A stretch of DNA of 64,000 nt from Octopus sinensis (GCF_006345805.1 NC_043006.1:95790001-95854000); one strand, 5' to 3'. Shown: positions 27,300 to 39,469, numbered from the stretch's first letter. Notes: generated from the sequence alone by a model not told the origin. Translations and numbers: made by a program.

Positions 27300-27435
27300 T
27301 TAATAATAATAATAAATATAGTAATAATAATAATAATAATAATAATACATATAGTAATAAAAATAATAATAATAATAATAATATTAAAAATAATAATAAT
27401 AATAATATTAATAATAATAATAATAATAATAATAA
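26768..27435. repeat. Long interrupted (AAT)n tract with internal higher-order duplication
   Basis: Interruptions (gatatt, ggt, aaatatagt, acatatagt, attaaaa) recur in similar order. Confidence 0.9.
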
Positions 27436-27436
27436 A

Positions 27437-27879
27437 CCATGCTTCCTCATTGATATGGCTGTCCCAATCGATAAAAAATTTATCTGTCATGACCCACCAA
27501 AAACTGATCAAGTATAAAGATCTTGAAATAGAGATTGTCAAAATGTACAAGCTGAAGGCTAAAACAATACCTGTTGTCATAGATGCTGTAGGAATGATAG
27601 CAAAAAGAGCTAATTGCTACCTAGCTCAGATACCAGGAAACTCCAAAATGGTAGAAATTCAAAAGATAGGGCTCATATGAACAGCCCATATCCTACTTAA
27701 AATACTGTCTATGTAATCTCAAATTTTAAAACAAAATTAAAAGTTTCTTATGTTTTCTTAAACATTTTCTATATGATATCCTGGACATAACACGTGCATG
27801 AACTTCTAATTTGTTGTGTGTTGAGGTCTCTGGGTGAGACTTGGAGTCAACTCGTACAAATACAACGCAAAATTCAAAC

Positions 27880-27881
<2 letters not shown>
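27437..27881 (+). mobile_element. 5'-truncated Dong/R4 LINE 3' end in (TAA)n
   Basis: KLIKYKDLEIEIVKMYKLKAKTIPVVIDAVG; 3' UTR ggtgagacttggag...caaacatataataata as in 41496-44908. Confidence 0.92.
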
Positions 27882-27923
<42 letters not shown>

Positions 27924-27933
27924 TATAATATAA

Positions 27934-27964
<31 letters not shown>

Positions 27965-27991
27965 AAGAAGAAGAAGAAGAAGAAGAAGAAT

Positions 27992-28026
<35 letters not shown>

Positions 28027-28221
28027 CCTTTTCTACTATTGACACAAGGCCTGAATTTTTGGGGGAGGAGCCACTCAATTAGATCGACCCCAGTGCGCAA
28101 CTAGTAGCCCGAAAGGATGAAAGGTAAAATCGTGCTCAGCGGAATTTGAACTCATAATGTAGCGACAGGCAAAATAACGCTAAGTATTTAGTCCAGCGCA
28201 CTAACGATTCTGCCAGCTCAC
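28027..28221 (-). mobile_element. Meta-like SINE in (TAA)n
   Basis: cccgaaaggatgaaagg...ggaatttgaactc...ctaacgattctgccagctcac. Confidence 0.85.
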
Positions 28222-28320
28222 AATAATAATAATAATGATGATGATGATGATAATAATGATGATGATGATGATCATGATGATGATCATGATAATAATAATA
28301 ATAATAATAATAATTATAAT

Positions 28321-28480
28321 TTTTTTTCTTTAGACATTCACTAGTACAACACTAAATACAAAACCAAATATATGGCACACTAGGCATAACAACAACACGA
28401 ATTTCTAACCTGTTGTCTCTTGAGGCCTCTGGGTGAGACTTGGAGCCAACTTGTACAAATATAAAGCAAAAGTCAGACAT
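28321..28480 (+). mobile_element. Short Dong/R4 3' UTR fragment in (TAA)n
   Basis: ctctgggtgagacttggagccaacttgtacaaatataaagcaaaagtcagacata. Confidence 0.88.
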
Positions 28481-28489
28481 AGAATAATA

Positions 28490-28551
<62 letters not shown>

Positions 28552-29186
28552 TAATAATAATTACTGCTTTTATTGATACTACTACTACAAAAAAAGAAAC
28601 AGCTAACAACGCAACTATAACCTAAACTGCAACCAGTATTGCGATCGTTATCACGGTCAGAGACAACCACTATAACAACACCATCATTTAACGCTATAAC
28701 TTAAATAGCGCTTACGACAACAACAACTGCTGAGGCAGCAGCAACAACAACAACAGAATTAACACAAACATCAGCAACTGTAATCGCAATATACGGAAAC
28801 ATTATGAACGAATTTAAAATAATTTGCGCCATTAATGGCAGTCATAGGACAACAACAACGCCAACAACAATACCAACGGGCACCACCACTCTCAGCATCA
28901 CAACAACAATCAAAAGTTTAACGATGTAAAACATATTCCCGTGTAATTTCACGTTTTCCATCAACCTACTCTGCGCAATCCTCATCATGACATTATCATA
29001 ATCACCATCATCATTATCATCATGATCTTCCCCACCTTGTTGTCGTTGTCGTCGTCGTCGTCGTCGTCATCGCAGTCTTCGCCGACTGGTTTGTGGCTGT
29101 TGTCGTCATTGTCATCATTTTTTTTATCGCCGCTGAGGTTGTCATGAGATTCATCATCAAGTCAGCATCATCGCCAATGTTGTTAA

Positions 29187-29218
<32 letters not shown>

Positions 29219-29550
29219 CCATCATTATCATCATCATCATCGTCGTCGTCCTCATCGTCGTCGTCATGATCATGATCATGATCATCATCATCATCATTAC
29301 CGTCGTCGTCATCATCATCATCATCATCATTATCAACGCTAATGTCATCAACGGTAACGGCATCACTGTCAGCATTAACGATTTGACATCATGATCGTCG
29401 TCTACATCACCAGTCAGGGCGAGCATTTTAGTCAGCATTACCATCACCACCACCGTCGTCATCATTCTTCTCCGTCACCTCCACTCGTCGTTATCGCCAT
29501 CATCATCATAATTCACAACAACAACTACATCATCTTCATTATTATACATA

Positions 29551-29977
29551 ATTCTCTATAGCAGTGTGGGAGCATTCCATTTTCTCTGCCAGTTCCCTTG
29601 TCGTTTGACGAGAATTTGTGCAAAAGTTTGTGTAATCGCTCTTCATCGAACTCAACTAGATGGCCAGAACGAGATGCGTCTTTGAGGTCAAAATTTCCAT
29701 ATTGAACCTACGATATCAATCACGAGCGGTTCTTTCAGCTTTGGCACCCTCTCCGTACACAACAAAAATGCTGCGAGCAGCTTTTGCGGCCTTAGAACCT
29801 TGATTAAAACCGAAAAGGTGTCGAAAATGCTCGTTTTTCTTAACTTGACATTCCATTTTAATGATCTGAAAATAAACAAAAATTAACTAAAATTAACAAG
29901 AAAAAAATAATTTAAAAGCGCATTAAATTCCAAAATTTAAAGAAAAGCGGCGGGAACTTAGTTGTCAACCCAATATA
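29551..29977 (-). mobile_element. Mariner 5' remnant: TIR plus N-terminal HTH region of transposase
   Basis: Minus strand TA-tattgggttgacaactaagttcc TIR; ATG at 29856, MECQVKKNEHFRHL...VYGEGAKAERTARD...NFDLKDASRSG...EFDEERL...RQTTRELAEK..CSHTAIE with frameshifts. Confidence 0.9.
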
Positions 29978-31080
29978 CATAACGAGAGAGAGAGAGAGAG
30001 AGAGAGGGATAGAGACATGCATACATATGTGTATGAAAATATATATATATATGTGTGTGTGTGTGTATTCACGTATGTATGCATGTATGTGTTTCCAGTG
30101 TATGTGTGTGTGTGTCTAAAAAGAATACAGCAAACTTGTTGACAGTGAGTCGAAAATTCAACGTTTCGGTTAAAATTCTTCATCAAGAAAAAGTTGAAAG
30201 GATTGAGATTAATGAGGGTCAGCAATTTCACTTCCTATTTACTCCGGCCATTTCCACCGCACTCATTTATCTTTTAACAAATCCACCATTATCTTCTATT
30301 ACAAAAAAATATTCTGACAGAGTTGGTGAGAATTTGACCAAAGAGCAACGTCTCTGTTTTCGGTATTATAGGTAACTTTAGGAACAGTTTTTAAGAAAAT
30401 GACCGCATTGTATACTAGTACGCGTTAGTTAAACACATGTGAAGATGATGCAAATTAAGATGCTACCATAAATGAGTGTGAAAATGTATACTCAGTCTAT
30501 TCAGATCTTCTAATATGTCGAGACACGCACGCGCACACCCAAAGAATCTCTGTAAAGATTACTTGAAACAAATTTAATACAGCAAGCAGGCATTATTATC
30601 AAGTATTTTCCAGTCTTTGTTTCAGGTTTGGTGGTATACTCTGTCGTGATTTGTTTCCTCGATGCAAATGAATACTGAATACTGAATTTAGAAAGGGTTT
30701 AAGACATCCAATGTCACCGGTTTCTTAATGTTTATAACCCTTTAGTTTCAGAATGAAATTTGTAGATTTTATCGTTATTAGCTCGTTCTCTGGTTAGTCG
30801 TTATTAGCTTATTCTCGGGCTTAAATGCATATATATAGTCACACAAACATAGACATACGTATGCATATAGATTGGTCGTCGATAGAGCTATCCGATGCTG
30901 CTACACACGGCTGGTCAGACGACGCTTTTGAATGATACAACGTCACTGGGTTGTACCGCTCAGCAGATTAAGCTCATTCACTTTATATTTGTGAATGTAT
31001 AAACATACATACGTACGTATGATAGCTTACGTATAGGTAGTCACACGCGCAAGAAACACATGCATCTAAATATATACAAT

Positions 31081-31122
<42 letters not shown>

Positions 31123-31142
31123 CATTATTATTATATATATAT

Positions 31143-31656
31143 ATTCTTTTAATCTTTTACTTTTTTCAGTCATTGGACTGCGGCTATGCTGGAGCACCGC
31201 CTTTAGTCGAGCAAATCGATCCCCAGGACTTATTCTTTCTAAGCCTAGTACTTATTCTATCGCTTTCTTTTGCCAAACCGCTACGTTAAGTGGACGTAAA
31301 CGCCCCAGCATCGGTTGTCAAGCGATGTTGGGGGACAAACAGAGACACACTAATACACACACACACACACACATACACACACAACACATGTATGTATATA
31401 TATATATATATATATAGTATTAAAATTATAATTAAGGGTATCTAAAAGATACCACCATGCTAGAGATAGCAGTCAAAAGTTGACTCTCGAAACACATCAA
31501 ATATTCGTACAGCACCAGGAGGGAAGACAAAGTGACAAACTAAACTAGCAAAACGATGTTTGGATAATTCCACATCCCGGATTTCTGACTTTGCATAAGA
31601 AATGCGTTGAATCATCAGTGGAATATACACAAAATAGTACATAAATACAAATATAC

Positions 31657-31688
<32 letters not shown>

Positions 31689-32101
31689 CAGGCACACACA
31701 CATACAACATACGAATACTTACATATACGTAAGTATACACACATATATGCACACCACAACGTGGAGTTTAGACAGTCAAGTTTTGACTGCTATCTCTAGC
31801 ATGATGATAATTTTTAGATACCCTTAATTATAACTTTGCTAATAATTATTACCTATGAGGATTTTATTCCCATGCTAGCCACTTGATATGGTCGGTATTT
31901 TAAGTAATGAACTTAACTCATCCTTATACATATTTATACGACGGGTGTCTTCCAGTTTCCATCTACCAAATTCACTTACAAATCTTTGGTGGTCCGAAAT
32001 TATAGTAGAAGACACTTGCCCTAGATGTCACGCAGTGAGACTGAACTCGGGACCATGTGGTGGGTAAGCAATCTACTTACCACGCAGCCACTCCTATGCC
32101 T
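31143..32101 (-). mobile_element. CORE-like SINE split by a ~520-bp insertion in its internal microsatellite
   Basis: 3' half 31143-31380 and 5' half 31935-32101 collinear with 8863-9276. Confidence 0.85.
31417..31930 (-). mobile_element. Penelope-type pLTR-like insertion with ~70-bp inverted repeats and decayed hammerhead
   Basis: IR 31423-31493 / 31766-31837; minus strand attcca-CTGATGA...GAAA-tccgggatg-tggaat at 31568-31625. Confidence 0.6.
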
Positions 32102-32222
32102 GTGTCTACACACACACACAAACACACACACATACACACACACACACATAATACATAGGCATGGAAACTAACTTACATAAACGTATACACATATTCAAAG
32201 ACATGCATTTAAGCTTATACTT

Positions 32223-32288
<66 letters not shown>

Positions 32289-32953
32289 TTATATATGTAT
32301 ATATATATATATATACACATATATATGTTTATGTGGTATATATATATTATATATATATTATATATATATATGTATATATATATATGTATATATGTATATA
32401 TATACATATATATGTATATGTATATATATACATATATATATATGTGTGTGTATATATATACGTATGTGCGTATATGTATATAATGTATATATATGTATTA
32501 TGTATGCTTATATACGTACGATATGCACGCACAGCGCACATGTGTATATACGCATGCAAATACATTTGAGTGTAAATGTAAGTGCGTGCACGGTGTTCTT
32601 GAGTGCATTTAATATGAAATGCGTTGATAATTTAACGCGTTCGTGTTAAAATCGGAATGTCATAAGTTAAAATCACACTTCCATAATAGATCTTGAAACC
32701 GTTGGAGCTATGAGATCAGTAATTGCTGTTTGGAGATCAATACAGTGCTTAAAGCTCACACGCACGTCGATGCAGGTAGACACGAAGTGAGATAAGCCTG
32801 GAGTGCCATTGTTCTCGTAAAACATACAGTGACTTTGCTGGTTATTTGCACAGTCAAAAGCAATCACTTGGACACGGAAAATGAGTTATATATTCCCGTG
32901 ATATGTTTCTTATAAAGGCTTCATAACCAGAGTGGATATATATGTGTTTATAT

Positions 32954-33029
<76 letters not shown>

Positions 33030-33120
33030 GTGTTTATTCATATCGGTGTATATGTAGGAGTATGCATACATATATATATATATGTGTGTGTGTGTGTATG
33101 TGTGTGTGCATGTATATATA

Positions 33121-33695
33121 GTGAGAATTTAGAAAAAACAAAAGACGAAGTCGAGTGTGTAAACAACAAACAGATTTTATTTGTTTAACACTAGGAAGTG
33201 AGAAAATCTTTTATGCGTCGATCCTACGCTTTTCCACGGAAAGCAACGCGGAAATAAACAGGGGTAATATACAAAAAATGGGTCAAGAACACAAGACATC
33301 TAGACAGATGATACAAAAAAGGGACAAGAAAAGACAAGGACGGGTTATTCGGATTTTTCTTTCCTCATCCGAGTTCCAGATTATCTTTGCAGTTTCGACT
33401 GGTTATAATCGAGACTGCTCGAGTCTGTCCAGCCCCTCGGAAAATCTAAGCTACGAGCACTAGATTTCTTGGAAGAAAGCAGCGAATGTATAGGAAAACA
33501 AAGGGCGAAGAAACATGAAGAAATGGTGCACAAATACAAATGGAAACAACAGGACATATCAACAGGTGTCTTTCGAGTAAGGACAAATTAAATTAAGTTG
33601 ACGTGTGCGGAAATGAAGCCCTACGGCAGGGACAGAAATCATGACAGGCTTGGGAAGGAATATAGATGTTGCACGGATGGTAGTCAAACCAAGAA
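33121..33695 (-). mobile_element. Non-coding repeat in (TA)n, possibly PLE pLTR-derived
   Basis: Bounded by (TA)n; minus strand gctgg...ccagtc-GAAA-ctgcaaagataatct resembles a decayed hammerhead. Confidence 0.4.
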
Positions 33696-33699
33696 ATAT

Positions 33700-33744
<45 letters not shown>

Positions 33745-33886
33745 GTACATATAGGTGTGTAAATTTCTCTCTCTTTTTACTATACATATATATATATATG
33801 TGTGTGTATGTGTGTGTGCATGTATGTATGCATACAAACGCATACACATATCATTTATACATATCTATATGCAACCATATATACTT

Positions 33887-33917
<31 letters not shown>

Positions 33918-33918
<1 letters not shown>

Positions 33919-34043
33919 ATTAATTAATAAGGGTGAGAGAATTAGATACTAATTTAATAGTATATCTATTCAACACCAAGTGGCCTAGTGGCTTATATAT
34001 TATAATATATTATAATATATTATAATATTGTAAAAATATTATA

Positions 34044-34100
<57 letters not shown>

Positions 34101-34196
34101 ATAATATATTATAATATATAGGCCACTAGGCCACTTGGTGTTGAATAGATATACTATTAAATTAGTATCTAATTCTCTCACCCTTATTAATTAATT
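33918..34196. repeat. ~75-bp perfect inverted repeat around an AT-rich spacer at the array's left end
   Basis: 33918-33992 is the reverse complement of 34122-34196. Confidence 0.95.
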
Positions 34197-34374
34197 GCCA
34201 CCCTATATTGATTAATTATGAATTTTCTGGTTAATTCCGTAATGGAATCGGCGGCTTATATTTATTTGTTGCCGATAAATTTGGCGCGAGTGCGATGATT
34301 TGAAAATTTTAGGTCAGATATTGCCGAGGCAGGGACGGGAATGCCTCGTGAAAAATATCTGTTCCGACTTGGCT

Positions 34375-34481
34375 ATTTCTTACTGATGAATCTAAGGGCC
34401 TATGGTAGATTGGCTTGATTTAATTTAATCAGGTTAGTTTACCATTAAACAGTAGATGAAACGGTGCATCGTATAAGAAAT
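34375..34481 (+). ncRNA. Type I hammerhead ribozyme, unit 1
   Basis: Stem I atttctta/taagaaat; CUGAUGA; stem II atcta/tagat; GAAA; stem III ACGG-UGCA-UCGU; GUA site, cleavage after 34473. Confidence 0.9.
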
Positions 34482-34861
34482 TACAGGGTAAATGTTTTTT
34501 AATTTTCTCCTGGTTTACGGAATTGATGTTATTTTGCGGTTGAAGCTTTTGGCTGTTATTTCTAGTGGGTGAATGGCCTATTATGGCCGTTCCTTGATTG
34601 TGATGTTGAACTTAAAAATGGTCTATGACTATTTAATTTTTCCCACTAGGCCGCTGGTGGCAAAAAAATTCTACAAAATTTTTTGCCACCCTATATTGAT
34701 TAATTATGAATTTTCTGGTTAATTCCGTAATGGAATCGGCGGCTTATATTTATTTGTTGCCGATAAATTTGACGCGAGTGCGATGATTTGAAAATTTTAG
34801 GTCAGATATTGCCGAGCAGGGACGGGAATGCCTCGTGAAAAATATCTGTTCCGACTTGGCT

Positions 34862-34968
34862 ATTTCTTACTGATGAATCTAAGGGCCTATGGTAGATTGG
34901 CTTGATTTAATTTAATCAGGTTAGTTTACCATTAAACAGTAGATGAAACGGTGCATCGTATAAGAAAT
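34862..34968 (+). ncRNA. Type I hammerhead ribozyme, unit 2
   Basis: Same as unit 1; cleavage after 34960. Confidence 0.9.
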
Positions 34969-35350
34969 TACAGGGTAAATGTTTTTTAATTTTCTCCTGG
35001 TTTACGGAATTGATGTTATTTTGCGGTTGAAGCTTTTGGCTGTTATTTCTAGTGGGTGAATGGCCTATTATGGCCGTTCCTTGTTTGTGATGTTGAACTT
35101 AAAAATGGTCTATGACTATTTAATTTTTTCCCACTAGGCCGCTGGTGGCAAAAAAATTCTACAAAATTTTTTGCCACCCTATATTGTTTAATTATGAATT
35201 TTCTGGTTAATTCCGTAATGGAATCGGCGGCTTATATTTATTTGTTGCCGATAAATTTGGCGCGAGTGCGATGATTTGAAAATTTTAGGTCAGATATTGC
35301 CGAGGCAGGGACGGGAATGCCTCGTGAAAAATATCTGTTCCGACTTGGCT

Positions 35351-35457
35351 ATTTCTTACTGATGAATCTAAGGGCCTATGGTAGATTGGCTTGATTTAAT
35401 TTAATCAGGTTAGTTTACCATTAAACAGTAGATGAAACGGTGCATCGTATAAGAAAT
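35351..35457 (+). ncRNA. Type I hammerhead ribozyme, unit 3
   Basis: Same as unit 1; cleavage after 35449. Confidence 0.9.
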
Positions 35458-35575
35458 TACAGGGTAAATGTCTTTTAATTTTCTCCTGGTTTACGGAATT
35501 GATGTTATTTTGCGGTTGAAGCTTTTGGCTGTTATTTCTAGTGGGTGAATGGCCTATTATGGCCGTTCCTTGATT

Positions 35576-35625
<50 letters not shown>

Positions 35626-35646
35626 ATATATATATATGTACATATA

Positions 35647-35709
<63 letters not shown>

Positions 35710-35791
35710 ACTAGACTGTAGGAATTCTGGTGCACGGATTTCAGGAATTTTATTGCAACAGATTAACTCTGTTCCTTATCATTATTATTAA

Positions 35792-35838
<47 letters not shown>

Positions 35839-37599
35839 TATTATTATTATTATTATTATTATTTGAAATATCCGGGAAGGTACAGCACCGAAATGTGTGA
35901 TTGAAAGTTAAACCGATCACTGGACGATGTCACTGCATAGTACCCTACATCTCACCATCTCCGTCCTTTTTAAGTACCCCATACACTAACCCCTTAGCTT
36001 TCAAAGGCTGCAACTTTTCAATACATTACGAAATTCCATAAAGATATCGATGTGGATACCCAGAGAATATATCGCATAAAAGATTATAAACAGTACCAGA
36101 GAGCTTTCATGTGCTGGAAATAGCAATTAAATCTCACACAAAGAGCAACGCACCATTTTAAATTATGTAGGGCACTTAGCAAGTTTATTGTAGTATGCAC
36201 AAAGATGATTGTCATTAGTGTAAAGCTTCGAACAGATTGTTGGTCTCTTACACTTAATCTCGACCATATGATAATCGACAATGTGAATTGCAGGTTTTAT
36301 GGAAATATATCGACAATTATATGTCATATGTCGATATTGTCCTTCACAACAGCCCAATAGATACTTCTGTTTCAGTAAGTTCGTTTGAAAGCCAGCAATC
36401 AGAGCAGTGCTGCTACACACGTGAGTCAGTACTCCTGATGTTTCTGCTTTACATACAGCTATATAAATGTTGGCATGTACATTTAAAGCCTTCCTTCCAA
36501 TCTGCAATAATTCACTCACCAGCACAATTACGTTCTCTCCGACCAACAAATTCGTCTCATGCATTTAGCAACTAGCAAACCGTGTACAACCTGCACACGA
36601 ATATTCACCATATACGTACTTTAGTTCAAGCTGACATGCACTTTTGTAAATGGAATACATAGCCTCTATTCATACATGCTACATGTAAGCTTTAGCATTA
36701 TTACTATTAATTTTGAAGTCCATTCATAGCCCCATTACATAATACCTGCTCATTTCTGCCATATATATAATCAGACACAGTACTTCTTCCCAATTTCCAA
36801 ACAGAACTGCCATATACAACATACGAATATGTGATACATTTGGGAAATATATTTGTATTTAGTCATAAAAACGCTTTTCGAATACAGAAGCTAATATGCT
36901 ACTTGCTAATATGATATGCTTCTAATAATCATAAGATTTATATGATAAAATAAATAAGAAATATTTGAAGCATAACAATCTAAATAGGAAGACAAGTGCG
37001 ATTAGCTTTCCACAAAATATAATGACGTATTTCAGCCCAGTGAAGATTTGAAAAAAATGCAATTTCCTGGCTCTCGCTTCATTTCATCACGCCACAAAAT
37101 ATATATTTTGAAGTCTTCCTCGTTTAAACAATAATTTTAAAATTGTTTCACTGTTTTAGCTATATTGAATTTAATTACGTCACCATTTTTCCACAAGCTA
37201 CATTCTACAAAATGAATTACAGCTAGAGTCATTTAAAATTTTAATTACGCTGTTCTACTTTACTGGCTTAAATATATATTAATTACGTCATCTTTCCGCA
37301 TTTTACCCGTGTTTCTCGCAAGCAGCTTTTCATTTGATGAGAAATAATACGAGGATAACTAAATACTATAAATACAAAAAAACACTTCAAATATATTTAA
37401 GTATGTATGCACAAAATAATTATACATTTTTCCTGACTGATCGTAAAATATTCTCGTTCGTTGGCCGTGTGACTCATAAATATTTAAAATCTTCTCATCC
37501 GATTTAAATTTTATTCCAAGTTTCCTCCACATAAATGTCAGTTAGAATGCAATGTCTAGATGGACTTGACATAAAAGGCCAGCAATTTATGGGAAATAT

Positions 37600-37768
37600 G
37601 TAACCCCGGCCCCCAATACTCAACTGGAATTTATTTTATCGATGCCGAGTTTACTGGTTCTTAAAAGGCAAAGTCGACATCGTAAGAATTTTAACTGAGA
37701 ATGAAGAAACGGACAAAATGCCGCTAAGTGTTTGGCACACTGCTAATGATTCAAGCAGATTGCCGCCT
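37600..37768 (-). mobile_element. Degenerate Meta-like SINE
   Basis: ttattttatcga...aaaggcaaagtcgac...gccgctaag...gctaatgattc...gccgcctt. Confidence 0.7.
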
Positions 37769-38400
37769 TATTTTTGTTTAGAAATCTAAGAATTTCTTCG
37801 TTTATATGTTGTTTTGTTTCGAAATTCCAATAATGCGTGGATATCGATAAACATTTTATCTAAACTAACAGTTGCGGTTTCTTTTTTGCCTTACACTATC
37901 TTATACTATGACCGAACCTGAGAATGCAGCATTATCTCTCCAACAACTGATGAACAACATGACTAAAGCTTTATGTATATATCATACTGATTTGTATGAT
38001 GTATGCTGCTATGTGTTGCACCTAACCATCCTTTCATTTATGGTGGTTTACATAATTTAGTCTGAACCATTATCGCTGGCGTTACTAAATGTCTAAATGT
38101 TTTCAGGAAAGTTCAACTTTGACCTTTCTAAACCTCAAAAAAGTTAAGTTACCGTTTCCTCAATAATATTTCTTTACCGCAGGCATCGACCCTCTTAGCC
38201 CTCCCAGGCAACCAACAATACACGATTCTTTCTTTTTTAGCTGAACTTACAATTCAAATATTCGAGACTGAAATATTAAGATAGCCTCGAATCCGAAGAA
38301 CGGTCGCTACATGAAGATTGCTACAATATTTCGCGTGCATCTCAGGGAAGAAAGTTTACGATGAAATATTAGATTTGGAATCTACGAATACTCAATACAT

Positions 38401-38724
38401 CCGAGGTTCTCAAACTTTTCGGGCCACCGCCCCTTCATAGCCACATAATACCCTCAGCAACCACGCCCCTATTTTTATTCATAAATACATATTTCATATT
38501 TTACTAAATTATATATATTCAATGAATCATTTGATATTTAATATAACAATATATAATTTGAATATAATAGTTTAACAATATTATAATAAATTCATAGCGT
38601 CCCGCAATCCGCTGCCTTCCTCCCGACGCCTCCTTTTTCTCTACTGCCCACTTAGGCACCAGCGCCCACCTGGAGAGTCTCAACGCCTACCGGGGGGCGG
38701 TAGCGCCCGCTTTGAGAACCGTTG
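38401..38724. mobile_element. hAT-like (Charlie/Ac-type TIR) MITE
   Basis: Imperfect TIRs ccgaggttctcaaa / tttgagaaccgttg with GC-rich subterminal gcgccc motifs; 8-bp TSD not preserved. Confidence 0.7.
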
Positions 38725-39469
38725 AGTGGATTCCAAATAACATAAAAATAAAGCCAGGCGTGTGACATTGCTTTACTGGTTCTTAAAACGACTTCGTGGG
38801 CAGCAGGGCGGATATTCAGCTGTTACTAACACATGTTTGAATAGCTCTATTTTGTATAGCTTCTATTGTGTACCCTGAATAGAGGAAGAATGAGATAGCA
38901 TTTGCAAATGCTGAATACTAGCATTCACGGAACGAGGCAATGCCTGATAACCATACTTGATGTCATGAAAATAATTCAGTAATTCCTTATGGCTCTTCTT
39001 ATATTCAGCACTCTGTTTCTTCATGATTGGCAGTTATTGGTAAATTATGAACATTTTACTTATTTGCATCAAGTTTTTCAAGTTACTTAATGTACAAGTC
39101 AAACATATGATGACGTCCATTAGGGTGTGATGAAGCTATCTAATAAATTTCGAATGTCATTGCAAAGTAATATTCGCAGACAAATTTCAACTTGTTGCCT
39201 TTTAATCATTCTACCTGCACTGCGTCTGCTTTTTATTTTAATTTTATATTGTTTTATCCACTACAAACTTTGGTAGTATTTATACAGATTTATTTGCATC
39301 ATAACTCGTGTCTGACCATGAGTGATCAGTTTATTTTACACCTGTTAATCCTTATTTTATTAAAGTTTAATTCTGCTTCAATTCATTTTCGTAAATATTA
39401 ACCTCTAACGTGTTGTTTTATTGGAGTGGGTGTCACTAGAACTTCGGCTGGAATAGATTATTGTCATTG

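Larger units (their letters stand above)
34195..35580 (+). repeat. Tandem array of 488-bp hammerhead-containing units (2.85 copies); candidate non-LTR retrozyme / PLE pLTR array
   Basis: Unit starts ttgccaccctatattg at 34195, 34683, 35171; units nearly identical; ends in (TA)n. Confidence 0.92.

Noticed and set aside
30626-30680. Strong acceptor tctttgtttcag followed by short frames
   Set aside because: All frames stop within ~17 codons; no homology or donor support
36084-36575. Non-repetitive ORFs of 65-133 aa on both strands
   Set aside because: No recognisable motif or convincing splice signals; length compatible with chance
38107-38245. Two acceptor-like sites with short open frames (GKFNFDLSKPQK; GIDPLSPPRQP)
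   Set aside because: Weak donor, implausibly short intron, no homology
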